Shown: positions 34,916-51,381 of the stretch, one piece after another
Layout: every line of letters starts with the position of its first letter
Position numbering within the stretch: position 1 is the first letter of the stretch
Origin: Neodothiora populina
Taxonomy: Eukaryota
Reading direction: 5' to 3'
NCBI RefSeq assembly: GCF_041146345.1
Contig: NW_027191404.1
Coordinates: 2,666,001-2,730,000 of the forward strand
DNA length: 64,000 nucleotides
Position numbers and translations under genes: made by a program
The notes under the pieces: generated by a model
Told to the model about the DNA's origin: nothing
Database searches by the model: none
What the model saw: the letters and a program-made list of their open reading frames with translations, nothing else

Positions 34916-37437
34916 ATGGGGCAAGATGACAAGATCAGATACGAGAGTCTGCCCATACCGACGTATGAGGAAGCGACGTCGTCACGACCGTCTTCATCAC
35001 AGACCTTAGGACCGGAGGAGATCAGTGACGATGCAGAACGGGAGGGACTGCTTTATCATGCACCCACGGCAGAATCACCACGACCCAGTGAAGACAGCGA
35101 GAATGAAGCGACAGCTATCCGGAGGAGTATGGAGCAGATGGATGTCATGGAGCCCGAGGAGCCTCGTCGACCGTCAATAAGAGATCGCTTACGCAATATA
35201 CGAATACCCCGAATACCCTCAATACCAGAGAAATATAGGGTGTCGCTTCCTATCATCGCAAGACTTGTCGCATTATTTACTTTGGCTTCATTGGTATATG
35301 CTTTGTTCGCATTTAACATGATACCGAACAGAGGGAGATTTGCGACAAGATTCGATCCGGAAAGTGTGCGATCAAGAGTTCAATCCGAGGCAGACGCCAA
35401 AAGGATAGGGGATTATCTGGAGTACATTACTTCTTTCGATCACGTCGCTGGAACCGAAGGCGACTTTTACTTGTCGGAATGGGTCAGTGAAATGTGGCAG
35501 AAGGCGGAACTTGACAAAGTTCAAACAAAAGAATATTTTGTCTACCTCAACTACCCGACACAGGACGGACGAGGAGTTGCGATTGTTGATCCACCAGAGA
35601 AGAGATGGGTAGCAAGACTAGAGGAGGAGGCCACCACAGACAAGCAACAGACATTAATATGGCATGGAAGTTCGAGAAGTGGAAACGTCACTGGACCTCT
35701 GATTTATGCGAACGGCGGATCAAGACACGATTTCGCCCAACTAAAAGAGATGGGGATCGATGTGAAGGGTGCTGTTGTCTTGGTGAGATATTACCACACA
35801 CAAGACGACAGGGCGAGCAAGGTCAAGGCAGCAGAAGTCGCAGGCGCAGCCGGTTGCATCATTTATTCCGACCCGAAAGAGGATGGGTTCTTGAGAGGGA
35901 AACCAATGCCTGACGGGCCTTTTATGCCCAGCGATGGTGTGCAACGAGGAAGTGTTGCGCTTTCGAGCTTTGTTGTTGGAGACGCGCTGACACCTGGATG
36001 GGCGTCTACGGAAGATGCAAAACGAATCGACGAAAACAACAATCCCGGACTCGTCAACATCCCAAGTATCCCCCTGTCTTGGAGGGATGCTCAGGTCCTG
36101 TTGCAATCCATCGAAGGACATGGCAAGAAGGTCGAAGAAGACTGGATCGGTGGTGTCCCGGAGGTGAAAGAATGGTGGACCGGCGATTCCTCGAGTCCGA
36201 TCGTCAACCTCATGAACATGAACGACGAGAACAAGAAACAGCGAATCTGGAACGTCCATGGGTCGATCCAAGGAATGGAGACAAGCTCTGAAAAAATCAT
36301 CGTCGGAAACCATCGAGATTCGTGGTGCTTTGGATCAGTCGATCCGGGATCCGGATCTGCGGTCCTGATGGAGGTCGTCAACATCTTTGGCACACTCAAG
36401 CGACTCGGATGGCGCCCCTTGCGAACGATCGAATTTGTCTCTTGGGATGCCGAGGAATACAACTTCATCGGCAGTACCGAGTATGTCGAGGAACACATGC
36501 TCGCTTTGCGACAAGAAGGAGTCGCATATCTCAACGTCGACGTTGGTGTTTCAGGACCAAACTTCCAAGCAGCAGCCTCGCCTTTGTTCATCAAGCCACT
36601 CATGCACGTTTTGGACCGTGTCAGCGATCCGATAACAAATGTTACTTTGCGCCAGCTCTGGGACGAGAACAACTCACAGCTTCCTGGTTTAGCGGCAGGA
36701 AGTGACTATGTCGCATTCCAGGACATGGCCGGTATTTCATCGATTGACTTCGGATTCGAAGGTCCCGAGAATGGCTATCCGTATCATTCCTGTTACGAAA
36801 GCTTCGAATGGATGACCAAATATGGAGATCCGGGATTCCAATATCACAAGACTCTGGCGCAAGTGTGGGCATTACTTATCCTCGAGATTGCAGATCGTCC
36901 GATCATCCCCTACGATTTGAAATACTATGCACAAAAAGTCAACGACTACATCACAACACTCGACACCAAGAACCTCAACGTACAACCTCTGAAGGATGCT
37001 GCCGATGTCTTCACTACGGAAGCAGGAACATTCCATGAGTTTGACGATTTCTGGGCTCAGCAAGTACTTGCCGGATCAGGCGGATTCGAAACCGACATCT
37101 TTGCCTTGAAGAGAATCGGACATAATCAAAGGACAATTGCCTTTGAGACTAATTTGTTAGATATACCCGAGAATGGAGAGAAAGATGGGCCATACGGAGT
37201 AAGTCTTTTTCGTCTTGAGTTCTGTACCAATTTCCAGAGCTAACGTGAATCCAGATACCGGGCCGTGAACAATACAAACACATCCTTTTCGGACCACAAG
37301 CGTGGTCAGGGTATGACGAAGCATATTTCCCTGCTATTCAGGACGCGATCGAAGAAGAGAAATGGGAGGACGCACAGAGATTGCTAGAACGTGCGGCGAG
37401 GATATTAAAACGTGCAGCGCAGAAATTAAATAGTTAA
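34916..37437 (+). CDS. Glutamate carboxypeptidase II / transferrin-receptor-like M28 protein (Tre1/Tre2/Vps70 family), intron 37199-37254
   Basis: N-terminal 'PIPTYEEA', a TM segment, PA domain 'GAAGCIIYSDP', 'IVGNHRDSW..DPGSG', 'SWDAEEY..GSTEYVE', 'YPYHSCYE'; last exon 'YKHILFGPQAWSGY...KLNS*'. Confidence 0.9.
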
Positions 37438-38412
37438 ATATTTCTTCCACCAGTAACAGAAATAGTCTGTCCACTGACATATGAAAACAAAGGACTGACA
37501 ACTGCAAGAATGACAGAAGCAGCCTCGGTAGCAGTGCCCGGTCTTCCCAGTGGGATATCTTTGAACGCGCTGTCTCCCGATTCCCTTGCGGCCTTTTGAG
37601 CTTGAGGGATACCAAGTGGGATCTTCTGGCCGTCTGGTGTTTGGACGAAGGCACCTTCTTCCTTTGCAGCAGTGAGACGAGTGGCGATATGACCGAACGC
37701 AACGGTGTTTGCTCGCACGCCGAACGAGGGGCCCCATTCCTTTGCGATCGTCTTGGTCAACCCAACGACACCTGCTTTCGCGAGGGCGTAGTTTGCTTGT
37801 CCTGCATTTCCGTGTAGACCTGAGGTCGAGGAGATGTTGACGATGTTTCGAGGCACTGAGTCTCGGACTCGGAAGTAATGTGATGCAGCCCGGATGAGTC
37901 GAAAGGGTGCTGTACTGTGTAATGCGATGATAGTATCCCATTGCTTGTCGGTTGTCTGTTGAAGTATTAGTCAATTACTCGAAGACTAGACAAGAAAAGG
38001 ATACGACATACTTTGTGAATCACGCCGTCCCATGTGAAGCCAGCATTGTTGACGATGATATGGATCTTACCATCACCGAACTCCGCAGCTTTCTTTACGA
38101 GTTGATCAATATAGCTGTTGTCTAGCATGTCACCTGGTATCGCAATGGCTTTGCCTCCATTGTCATTGATTGATTTGGCTACATCTTGTGCTTTTTCTAT
38201 CATGATATCAGTACTGGTCTTACAAAATAGTATTGAAGGTACAAACCACTATCGATATCTGAAACCACAACTTTCGCTCCTTCGTTGGCGAATAGTCTGG
38301 CAGCTTCTGCTCCGATGCCCTGGCCTGATCCTGTGATGATTGCCACTTGACCTGCCAGCATCCCTTTCGGGTAGTTCAAATGACCAGCGATTTGTGAAAT
38401 ACGTTCCGACAT
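37434..38412 (-). CDS. Short-chain dehydrogenase/reductase (3-oxoacyl-reductase-like) with N-terminal PTS2, 2 introns
   Basis: 'VAIITGSGQGIG', 'IVNNAGFTWDG', 'NISSTSGLHGNAGQANYALAK'; N-terminal 'RISQIAGHL' fits PTS2. Confidence 0.9.
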
Positions 38413-38469
38413 GATTGATTGTTGATTGATCGTATTTCGTACTACAATAATGATACACGGACTAGACAT

Positions 38470-38495
38470 GTAGATACCTTATATAAGGTATCTAC
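38470..38495. promoter_or_regulatory. Perfect 26-bp palindrome in the divergent SDR/kynureninase promoter
   Basis: GTAGATACCTTATATAAGGTATCTAC equals its own reverse complement; function is inferred. Confidence 0.55.
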
Positions 38496-38769
38496 CTTAC
38501 CACTAAGGCGGGGTCGGTTCCCAACTTTGCCGAGGTGACTCTGGGGTAAGGTAAGGCATGGTGGGTAGGGGTCCAAGCTCCTTGGCGACGTCACCGTCGC
38601 CAATTGCTTCCGGGCGAGAAAAAACATCTCACGTGTTGTCGTCCGGTCACCTGCGCGAAGCAGCTAAAGCGAATATACCCGAGCTGCGAACAAAAAGAAC
38701 AAAGGAGCTCTTTGCCTGACTTACAGTTCTGTCTTTGGACTTTCAGAGAAACAAGACAGAAGAAGAGAA

Positions 38770-40235
38770 ATGGACATCTTCGATCCGGCATACGCTGCAG
38801 AGCTCGACAAGAGCGATGCGTTGGCTGACTTGAGGAAAGAATTCCATATTCCTACCAGAGGCGATATCTCTGGACAAACAGATGACAAGGAGGAATGCAC
38901 ATATCTGTGTGGTAACTCCCTGGGACTGCAACCGAAGAGGACGGCGACATATGCCAAAGAGTATCTCCAGACATGGGCGACGAAGGGTGTGTATGGACAT
39001 TTCACAAAGTCGCCCGAGCAAACATTACCGCCGTGGGTGGACGTAGATGAAGGGGTCGTGCCTGACATGGCCAAGATTGTTGGCGCAGAACCAAAGGAAG
39101 TCGCTGTGATGCAGACCTTGACTGGCAATCTACATTTAGCGCTGTGTAGTTTCTACCGACCCACGGAGACGAGGTACAAAATCATAATCGAAGGCAAGGC
39201 ATTTCCCTCGGACCACGTAAGTTGTTTCTTTGTATTTTTGCCTCGTGTCAAATCATCACTGATGAGAAGAACAAGTATGCTGTCGAATCGCAAATCCGTC
39301 TTCATAACTTGAACCCCAAAGATGCAATGGTCATGCTCGTGCCAAACACGCCGATGAGACCCATATTGAGTACAAAGCACATCATGAGAGTGATTGACGA
39401 GAACGCATCATCGACTGCTCTTCTCCTACTACCCGGCGTCCAGTTCTACACGGGCCAATATTTCGACATCCCAGCAATCACAGCGCACGCTCAAAAGCAC
39501 GGTATCGTAGTCGGTTGGGACCTCGCTCATGCTGTCGGAAACGTTCCTTTGCAGCTTCATGACTGGAATGTTGACTTCGCCGTCTGGTGCAATTACAAGT
39601 ACATGAACTCGGGACCGGGAGCAATCGGAGGGTTTTTCGTTCACGCGCGTCAGTCAGAACAACAACGACTTGCGGGCTGGTGGGGCAGTGACAAGAAGTC
39701 TCGGTTTTCCATGGACAACACTTTCACACCGATCCCAGGAGCCGCGGGATTTCAACTGAGCAACCCATCTGTCGGAGACATGACTTTCCTGCGAGCATCT
39801 CTGGATGTCTTCAACATGACATCAATGAAAGGGATGCGCGAGAAGAGTCTGAAGCTCACGCGATACCTGGAACAACTCCTGCACGAGATGGAAATCGACA
39901 AGGGCACTTTCGAGATCATCACCCCCAGTGACCCCAAGCAGCGTGGAGCGCAGCTGTCGCTGCGGTTAGCACCCGGCATGCTGGACGAGGTGATGAAGGT
40001 CCTGGAAGCGCAGGGTGTTGTCATCGACGAGCGTAGACCGGACGTCATCCGCGTCGGTCCCGCGCCGCTATATAACAACTTTAGCGACGTGCTGAGGTTT
40101 GTTAATGTGTTCAAGGAGGCCTGTGTGCAAGCCGCGGGCATGAGACAGAGGAGGGCGAGCAGCATGAGCGGTGCGACGCGCCCGGTCATGCATGAAGTCG
40201 GAGGAGAGAAGAGGGGATGGAGCGAGATTCAGTGA
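38770..40235 (+). CDS. BNA5: Kynureninase (PLP-dependent), 1 intron starting at 39217
   Basis: '[11 protein letters not shown]', '[18 protein letters not shown]', '[33 protein letters not shown]', 'RGAQLS', '[10 protein letters not shown]'. Confidence 0.95.
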
Positions 40236-40588
40236 TGAATTGCTCCTGTTTTTAACGATCAGCGATCAGCATTACTCACGGCCAACCTTAAGCAAAAAAA
40301 ATACAATCACGATCAGAACTCGGTGATCGAGAGTCATTGCTGACGCCTGTGCTTTCCTTGACATGTCTGTGATTCGATCGATTGCCGAGGAGATATTCAT
40401 ATCGGAGAAGATATCTCAGATAGTCAAGTGGGCTTCCATTGGAGAGTCCAGAATGTCCCCGCGGTCGGCGCAGGTGCTCAAATCACCGCCCCCACGAGCA
40501 TGATTTCCCACAAAATCAACTCGCACAAGAGTGGTATGCAACATAAGATCATGTATATACACAAGGCAGGTCAACGATGTATGGGAAT

Positions 40589-41799
40589 CTATACTTCTAC
40601 GAGCTCGTCCTCCTCCTCGTCGTCGTCGACTTTTGTTGTTGTTGTTGTTGTTTCGTCCTCTTCGTCTCTCATGAGGACCTGGACAAGTCTGTCGCAGGCT
40701 TCTCTGACCTCGTCGTCTTCCGTCTGCAAGTGCAGCTCTCTGATGATGGGATACGTCTTTTTCTCCCGCAGCTTGTCTCGTCCTTCTCTTGTTGTCGTTA
40801 GAAGAAGCAGGGTGTCGAGGTGGATCTTGGTGATGTCGTGCTCCTTCTCTCGCTCCTTGTCGGGCGGCAGTAGTTGTAGCTCGTCAGGCATGCCTTCGGT
40901 GTCTTCGTCGCTGTACTCTTCGGGGCCCATCAGTGGCAGAAAGACGTAGGGCAGTAGATCCAGGTCACTGATCAAGCCGTCGTGCGATGAAGTGTCGAAA
41001 CATGTGTTCTTGATGATCGAGGCGACGCCTCTTCGCCGGATCGGGCTTTTTGTTTCAGTAAAGACGACCACTTTGGATAGCGGGATGACGTCTTCTTTGT
41101 CCTCGGGCCTTGCGGTAAGGAAGTGTTTCCGGCCCTCTTCGTGTTTTGAAATGTCGGCGAAGACGTAGCACAGGTAGTCGAAGTTGGCGTCCTTGTTGTA
41201 GGATCCTTCTGCGCCCTTGACGAACAGGTCCAACAGTTGGTCAATGACGAGTCTCGACGATGTCGACAGGAACGAGGCAGGTTCTCTCTCGAGCTTGAGG
41301 ATGGTCTTGATGTTGTCTGACTTGGACATGTTGGCCAGCAGCATAGCAAAGAGGTCGGCGTTTGGTTCCGAGGGGATTGTGATTTTGGCCAGGACTGTCT
41401 CGATGAACTTTGGGTCGTCGGTGAGGTGTTTTAGCACTTCGGGATCCTCGGCGGATAAGTTGATGAGCATGGTGAGCGCATCCTTTGCTATGGGCTATTG
41501 AGGAGATGTCAGTCGGGCAGCAGGCAAGCGCCTGGGCGAGAAGGGCGGGACCAAGACTTACAGTGTAGTCCTTGACCAGCATTTTCAGGTCCGCAATAGG
41601 CTCCATTTGATTGCGCTTGAACAGCGAAGGTTGCGCCGTCGAGAAGCCAACGAGGTTCTCTGCTGCGACTTGTCTGATCTGAGTGTTACCATGATGGAGG
41701 AACTCGACGAGCTGTTTTTTTTGTTCTGTCAGTATCTATCTTGTCTGATGAAAAGGACAAACAAAGAGAAAGACTGACCTCTTCTAGTTGGGTAGGCAT
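40589..41799 (-). CDS. HGH1: Hgh1/FAM203 eEF2 chaperone (2 introns)
   Basis: 'MPTQLEE|LVEFLHHGNTQIRQ', 'NFDYLCYVFADIS', 'IRRRGVASIIKNTCF', 'YPIIRELHL...ACDRLVQVLMRDE'. Confidence 0.9.
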
Positions 41800-42438
41800 G
41801 ATGTGTGTGTGTGTTGTGTCGAGTGTATATAGACGGAGATAAGATTTTTGTAGAAGCTGTAAGTCTTTCGTGGAGGGGAAATAATTATTTTGGAAAAGAC
41901 GCCAAGACCCTTGACGTAGAGTCACACTCGATGCAAGTGTCTAAGGTACCTAGACTCAAGACAGGACAGAATAAGATATTTGGATATTGATCGGTGAGAA
42001 ATATGAACAGGGAAATCAAGAGCGGATCAGATCAAGTTGACCCTATAGTAATTGGTTGAGACTTGCAGCAGAGCGAGAAACGAGTCAAATGAGGGCAGTC
42101 TTCGAGTTCTTTCTGTTTCTACCTTATATGACCAAAGAAATGCCCCGCCTATCTTACAGTCTCTCGACACCTTAGGTGTAGTGATGATTGCAGTAAGCTA
42201 AGGTACAGCACTGTAGTGATGGTGATTAACAGTAACAGTAAGGTACCTGAGTAATAAATCAAACAAAAAAAGTGGCGCTGTCTTTCCGCTCGGGCAAAAC
42301 GTTACACATTCCGAGGCAGAAAGACCCCGCGAAAAGGTGATTGTTGAGTCACTTCCATTTATTGTGGTAATTATTACTTAGCTGCACACTGCTCTCTTTC
42401 TCTTTCTTGCAACACAATTCACAGTAATCCAAACCATC

Positions 42439-45409
<2,971 letters not shown>

Positions 45410-46221
45410 AGGTCAGAGCTTTTTTCTCACTTCCTCCTCTCGGGCTTCAATATAACCACCAGAAACAAATGATCGATGATGTAGAAATACTAACCCCTTC
45501 ATTTGTTTTGAATGAACAATGAGATCTCACCTACAGTACAGACACCGGGGATAGCGGGAGTCTGTGCACTTCTACCATTCGGAATCACTCGCTCGATCTA
45601 CTCTGCAGCGGGATAATAATCTTACTGTAACAGTAACTCTATTGCTGTATGCACATGCGTCGACCCGGGTTTGTGTTGTTCTGCTGTGCTGAAATATACC
45701 GTTTGTGGATATAAACCCATCCGATGCCCGCTTCGCATGTCCGCGGATTGATTCTACGCGAGCATCTTCTCTTTTCACACTTTCAAGCACAGAAGTCAAA
45801 GCAGAGAAGAGCCGTCGATACCGTATCTCACTCAGCAAGGACCATCAGGAAGCGTCATCGGGGGCTCTTTGACATTACCTTAAGCCATGTAACTCAGCTA
45901 CAGGTACCTTACACAGAGTAGAAGTAGGCAAGGTAGGTGGCCAGTGAAGCTCGACTTGATTATTCTATCTCGGCTCGGTCTCCATCAACACAAACAAACC
46001 ATTCCTGGACAAGTCATCTCTTTTATTCAGTGTATACCTTCGCGCGCGCACCGCAAAAGTCGGTGTTCAGGCTGATCGTGACAAATAACGCCACGGACCA
46101 TGCAACGTTGTACAAGGAACGTCATTATTTTGGTAGTTCCAAGTTCTGCCTTGGACTGCAAAAGGGGTTGAGGTGGTTTCAACAACACCGCTCGCTCTTC
46201 TCCACACTCTCTACTTCAATC

Positions 46222-47275
46222 ATGTTGACTGCGCTGAACAGACGAGTTGCTGTCTCGTCTGTTTCTGTTGTTGCGGTCCTGCTGTTCCTTGTTCTGTGGC
46301 ATAACTATGAATTCCAACCGTCTTTTCTCCCCAAACAATTAAGCGAATACGACGACGCGAGCGCGGCTAACTCAACTCTTGGTGTGAGTCTCATTTGCTT
46401 CCTGCATGCTGTTCATCTCTGATTAATACCAAAAGTTCCAAGCAATCCTCGCTCTATCTCAAGGAACCAAATGGCGTGTTGATGGAATAAAAGCCGCGTC
46501 TTCTATAAGTGGCATTACTGTCACGATACCAAATCAACCAGGATGGTCTGAGGATTTCATTAAAGCATTTGAGGCGTTCGGCCCTGTCGAGGCGCATGGA
46601 GCAGCAATGGCCTGGCTGGGTCACCTGGACCTACTGAAATTTATCATACAGAACGGATGGGGCTCCGCCTTGATCATGGAAGACGATGTTGACTGGGACG
46701 TCGACGTTCGACAACAAACGCGGCAGATATCAAGAGCGGTCAAAAAACTCACCAAGTCAAGATCTCCTGCGCCGTATGGAGACGATTGGGATGTCCTATG
46801 GATGGGTCATTGCAGTGATCCACCCTACCACGACCAGAGAGATGGACCAATGGTCATCTTCGACGATAACACCACAATACCCCTAGAAAAGTACCAAGGT
46901 CTCGATCCTCACATCAGAGAAGTCGTCAAAGAAGGTCAGCGATCAGTCCATTACTCAAGGAATCCCGTCTGCACCTTTGCTTATGCTGTCACTGCACGAG
47001 GGGCACGTCGATTGTTGGCGCATGCAGCCAAGGGAAAAGGAGGCGCGTTCGACTTGATGCTGATGCATGCGTGTCAAGACAAGATCTTGAAATGTGTTTC
47101 TGTCAACCCGGAAGTGTTCGATCCTTACAACCCCGCAGAGGGTTCGTCGAGTGAAGTTAGAGCAGGAGACGATGGATCTGTTTTCAACGTCGAGGTTGGG
47201 AAAGCAAAAGGTCAAACGAACAACATCCTGCATAGTGCTAGATGCAATGCTTTATTCGGCGAGGACTGTCTCTAA
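46222..47275 (+). CDS. Glycosyltransferase family 25-like type II membrane protein (intron approx. 46383-46434)
   Basis: N-terminal TM, 'AANSTLG|FQAILALS', 'AWLGHLDLL', 'ALIMEDDVDWDVD', 'WDVLWMGHC', 'CTFAYAVT..GARRLL'. Confidence 0.8.
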
Positions 47276-48858
47276 CGCTTGCCGCCATATCTACTTTTGT
47301 TCCTGATAGCTTTTCCGTAGCGAAAAAAGAAATACGGAAATGGCCCCATGACCAGAGTGATTATCGCCAGGATGAATGTAGCCCACTGGTCTCCGAGGTT
47401 GTGGTACATTGCTGCACCGAATAAGGGGAACCCTGCCGCAAACATGCTCCTGGCAAAACTATTGGCTGCGAGTGCCGATGCTGCATATGTAGGGTAAGCT
47501 GCCACAAGGAAAGTGAAAATTCCCGAGAAGATGAAGATGACTCCGGTGCCGAACGGTACAGTACCGATGATGGGGACGATCCAGTGTACGGATGAATATG
47601 TTGTCCAGCCGAACCATAGCAGCCCTACGGTGACCAAAGGCGCTCCGGCAATCGCAGGCGGCAGTCGGTGTTCTGGTTCATTGACTCCGTTGTTTTTGGC
47701 CACCAGTCTCTTGTGGTTCTTCCTCCAACTGTGGCACATTAGTCGTTGCGAAAGTCTGGAGAGCTTTGGGAAACTTACATCGGGTCTGCAACTGCTCCTA
47801 GTAACATGCCAACTGTTAGTCCAAGAAACGATAGTCCTATCTGCCATCCATTGAAGTTGTGGTTTTCTCCAAAGACAATGGCAAATGCTCCGAAAAACAG
47901 ATACAATATTCCCAAGAGGACTGCGCAATAGAGACAGAGACAAAGACACATGGGCTCTAGTGTTAGTAACAGAAATGGTCGATATGTCGATGTTAATATC
48001 GTCTATTTCGATGGCTTGTCAGTCCACTATAGAGAAAAAAGATCAGGGATGGCCTCACCATTGGTATCGTCTTGTCGGAGATTTCGATTGGCGCATAGAA
48101 CCTATCATCACCAGTCTCCTTTCTCTTGTTCCTCGCCTCTTTTCTCAGCAGCACTGGTAAATAGGTTTCTGGTACAAACACCACAACAAGTAATAGTTCG
48201 ACTCCGGCCCATATCAACAAGAAATAAAAGGACCATCTCCAATTTGTATAGTAATTAATGAAGCCTCCGAAGAGTGGTCCTATTTGCGGTCCTAGACTAT
48301 TTACTGTCAATGTTTTGGGCGGGGATAAAAGAAGAGGAAAAAGAAAACATACAATGGACTCAACGTATACAACACCATCGGCGTAGACAACTTATCTGCA
48401 ACAAACATATCTCCAACCGTACCACCCGCGACAGACAAGAAAGTAGATCCGGCAAACCCATCAAAAAACCTCGCAACGAGCATGGTCGCCGTGTTCTTGG
48501 CCACGGCACATGGTATCAAGAACAAAACAAAGCCAATCAACGATCCGATATAGATCGGTTTCCGTCCATAAAACTCACTCAACGGAGCGAGGATCATAGG
48601 ACTCAAACCGAGACCGACGGCGAAAAGCGTCAGTCCGAGGGTCGCAACAATGGGCGAAATATGGAATAGTGGTTCAATTTGGGAGTACGTGCTCGTGTAT
48701 AGAGAACTCGTGCAAGCGACACAGAGACTCGACGTCGCCAAGATGATGACAATCATCCATTTCCTGAACGTCGGTAGCGACTTTGGAGATCTGGGATCTG
48801 TGTCGCCATCGAAGCAGACTCCGAAGAGCAGTTTCTCGTCGTCCGTCATCGCTTGCAT
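47272..48858 (-). CDS. MFS multidrug transporter (DHA1 family), 3 introns, 5' end uncertain
   Basis: 'PLSEFYGRKPIY', 'VARFFDGFAGS....VAGGTVGD', 'GPQIGPLFGGFI...WRW', 'PETY', 'PEHRL', 'AASALAANSFARS'; exons splice in frame. Confidence 0.9.
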
Positions 48859-49160
48859 GTGGCTGTCTGTCGTTTTTCTGCCATCCAGATCGTCGAGGGC
48901 GACTCTGCCCTTATAAGTACAGTACGGTATTGATGACTATATCGGTCGGGAATAGGACTTAACGCTTTGTTCGGCTATAAGGACGTGCATCAGAACCTTA
49001 TCTGCTTCTCCAATTCCCTACCTTACATTACCTAGACAGGTACGTCGCTTTGCCAAGTCTTGCCATTGTCAGGAACAACAATCCTTCTATTGAGCCAGCA
49101 TCCATACCGGCTAAAGTAGATTGGATTTGAATTGCTATCATTATCAACAACAACACAGAA

Positions 49161-51245
49161 ATGGCTTCGACCACAGGAACGGGATCACCGTTCGAGATCG
49201 TCCCTCGCATCATCAACAAGAAGAATTATTACACGTGAGGACCCTTTTGCAATTCCAATCTGCGCACTGCTGATAAGCGACAAGTGACTTTCTCAAACGA
49301 GATGATCAAATATTGGCATGGAGACTACAAGAAGAAGAAAAGCGCAATCGCATGACCAAAGCTGCCCGTGACAAAGACAGAGCTCTGGCGAAGTCCGTAG
49401 ACGAAGGCGTTGCGCCTGAAGATGTCATAGCTACCGCGGAAGAAAATGTAGCCATAGCTGATGCAGAAGAAACCGAATTGCTAGGCACGAAAACCATCGT
49501 CATTCATCCTGGAAGTCAGAATCTGAGGATAGGTTTGGCGACTGATGCATTGCCGAAGACGGTGCCTATGGTCATTGCTAGGTTGTCGACCAAAACCGAA
49601 GATGAAGAGAAAGAACCATTACCGAAACGAGCAGATGATGATGTGAGTCTCTTCCGGTTCGCTTCTGTTGTCTCTCCCGCTGACGATACAGTTTATAACT
49701 GAATACAATCAAATGGCAAATGATTTCAAGATCAACCGTCGAAATAACAAGCGACGAGTATTGCCGAATTCGAGAGAATTGGTTACGAAGTGGAATCTTT
49801 CAACGCCACCGGAGACGATATCAGAACATAACGATCCCATGAGAGTTGACTGGACAGAAACTGACAAGAAAGAATATTTTGTCGGTAATGACGCTTTGAG
49901 AATCCCTCAAGACTCCAGACCCAAGTATGAATTGAAAAGGCCAATGAAATATGGATGGCTAAACGAGAACGACTACTCCGACAAAAATTCATTGCTGCGC
50001 GACTTCTTCTTGATCATCGAAGACTCAGTCCAGTCGATTGTCGAAGGCCCGCGAGAGTCTTATTCTTGTGTTTTCATCATTCCAGACTTGTACGAAAAGG
50101 CCTTTGTCGCGGAGATTCTACAGCACATCCTCAGAGAAGCCGGGTTCTCGAGGGTTTGTTTCATACAAGAAAGTCTTGCCGCCACTTTCGGCGCCGGATA
50201 CTCCAGTTCGTGTATCGTGGATGTCGGAGCATCCAAGACTTCTATCTGCTGTGTCGAGGAAGGAATGTGCGTGGAGAACTCAAGGATCAACCTGAAGTAT
50301 GGAGGAGAAGATGTTACGTCGACATTCATGCGAATGATGATATTCGACAAGTTTCATTATCAGGAAATCAACCTCAACAGAAGACACGACTGGCTGTTGG
50401 CTGAAGAGCTGAAACAAAAGTTCTGTACGCTGGATGATTCGCACATCAGCGTGCAATTATATGAATTTCATTTGAGAGAGTCCGGAAAGGACACAAGAAA
50501 GTATCAATTTAAGGTCTACGATGAAGTCATGTTGGCGGCCATGGTATTATTTTGTTCCTTCTCTTGCTTTGACTCGATCTGACAAGATAAACAGGGATTC
50601 TTCCGTCCAGCAATCTTCGATCACTCGGACAAGCTCAAAGGAAGACATTCGTTACTTGCCGCATCCGAAGATCTATACGATGGAAGGCCGAACGATCCAA
50701 TGTCACAAGCGCAACTCGCAGTCGTGAAACCAAAGGATGCCAACGCGACAAATCCGACAGAAGCAACAATCAAGATTGAGAACAAGCACCTCCAAATCGC
50801 AGAGACGGCCGACACACCGAAATCTTCTTCCTCGCCGGCTGGGTCGCCCGAGCCGCAACAAGCGGTAGAAAAGGAAGAAGAGCAAGAAAAGCTACCCATC
50901 ATGCCATTGGACCAAGCCATCATCACGTCGATCATGGAAGCCACCAAAGGCGACGAGAGAAAGACGAGAGACTTCTTCGGTGGAATCATGGTCATTGGCG
51001 GCGCAAGCAAGACTGTAGGGTTTAATTTCTACCTCGAAGGCAAACTCCGAGAGCTCCAACCACAACTCGCCAAAGAGATACTGGTCGGACCGCCTCCACG
51101 AGAACTAGATCCTTCCGTTCTGGTATGGAAGGGAGGTTCGGTGTTCGGAAAGCTCAGGGGCACAAACGACAGTTGGATCGGCCAGCTCGAATTCGACCGA
51201 CTCGGAGCTCGAATGCTGAATTACAAATGTATGTGGGCATGGTAG
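49161..51245 (+). CDS. ARP8: Actin-related protein 8 (INO80 complex), 3 introns
   Basis: 'INKKNYYT|DFLKRDDQ', 'IVIHPGSQNLRIG', 'QESLAATFGAG..SCIVDVG', 'YGGEDVT', 'PPPRELDP..LVWKGGSV'. Confidence 0.92.
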
Positions 51246-51381
51246 TGGTAGAGACGACGATGATGAAGAATGTTGCGTTTTTTAGTCATACAATTTAACA
51301 TCTATAGTCTTTAAATAGAAGCAAGAAGAAAAAAATACAATCTCTGCATATGATCGTTTTGTAGTTGGCTTTTTTCTCGTT

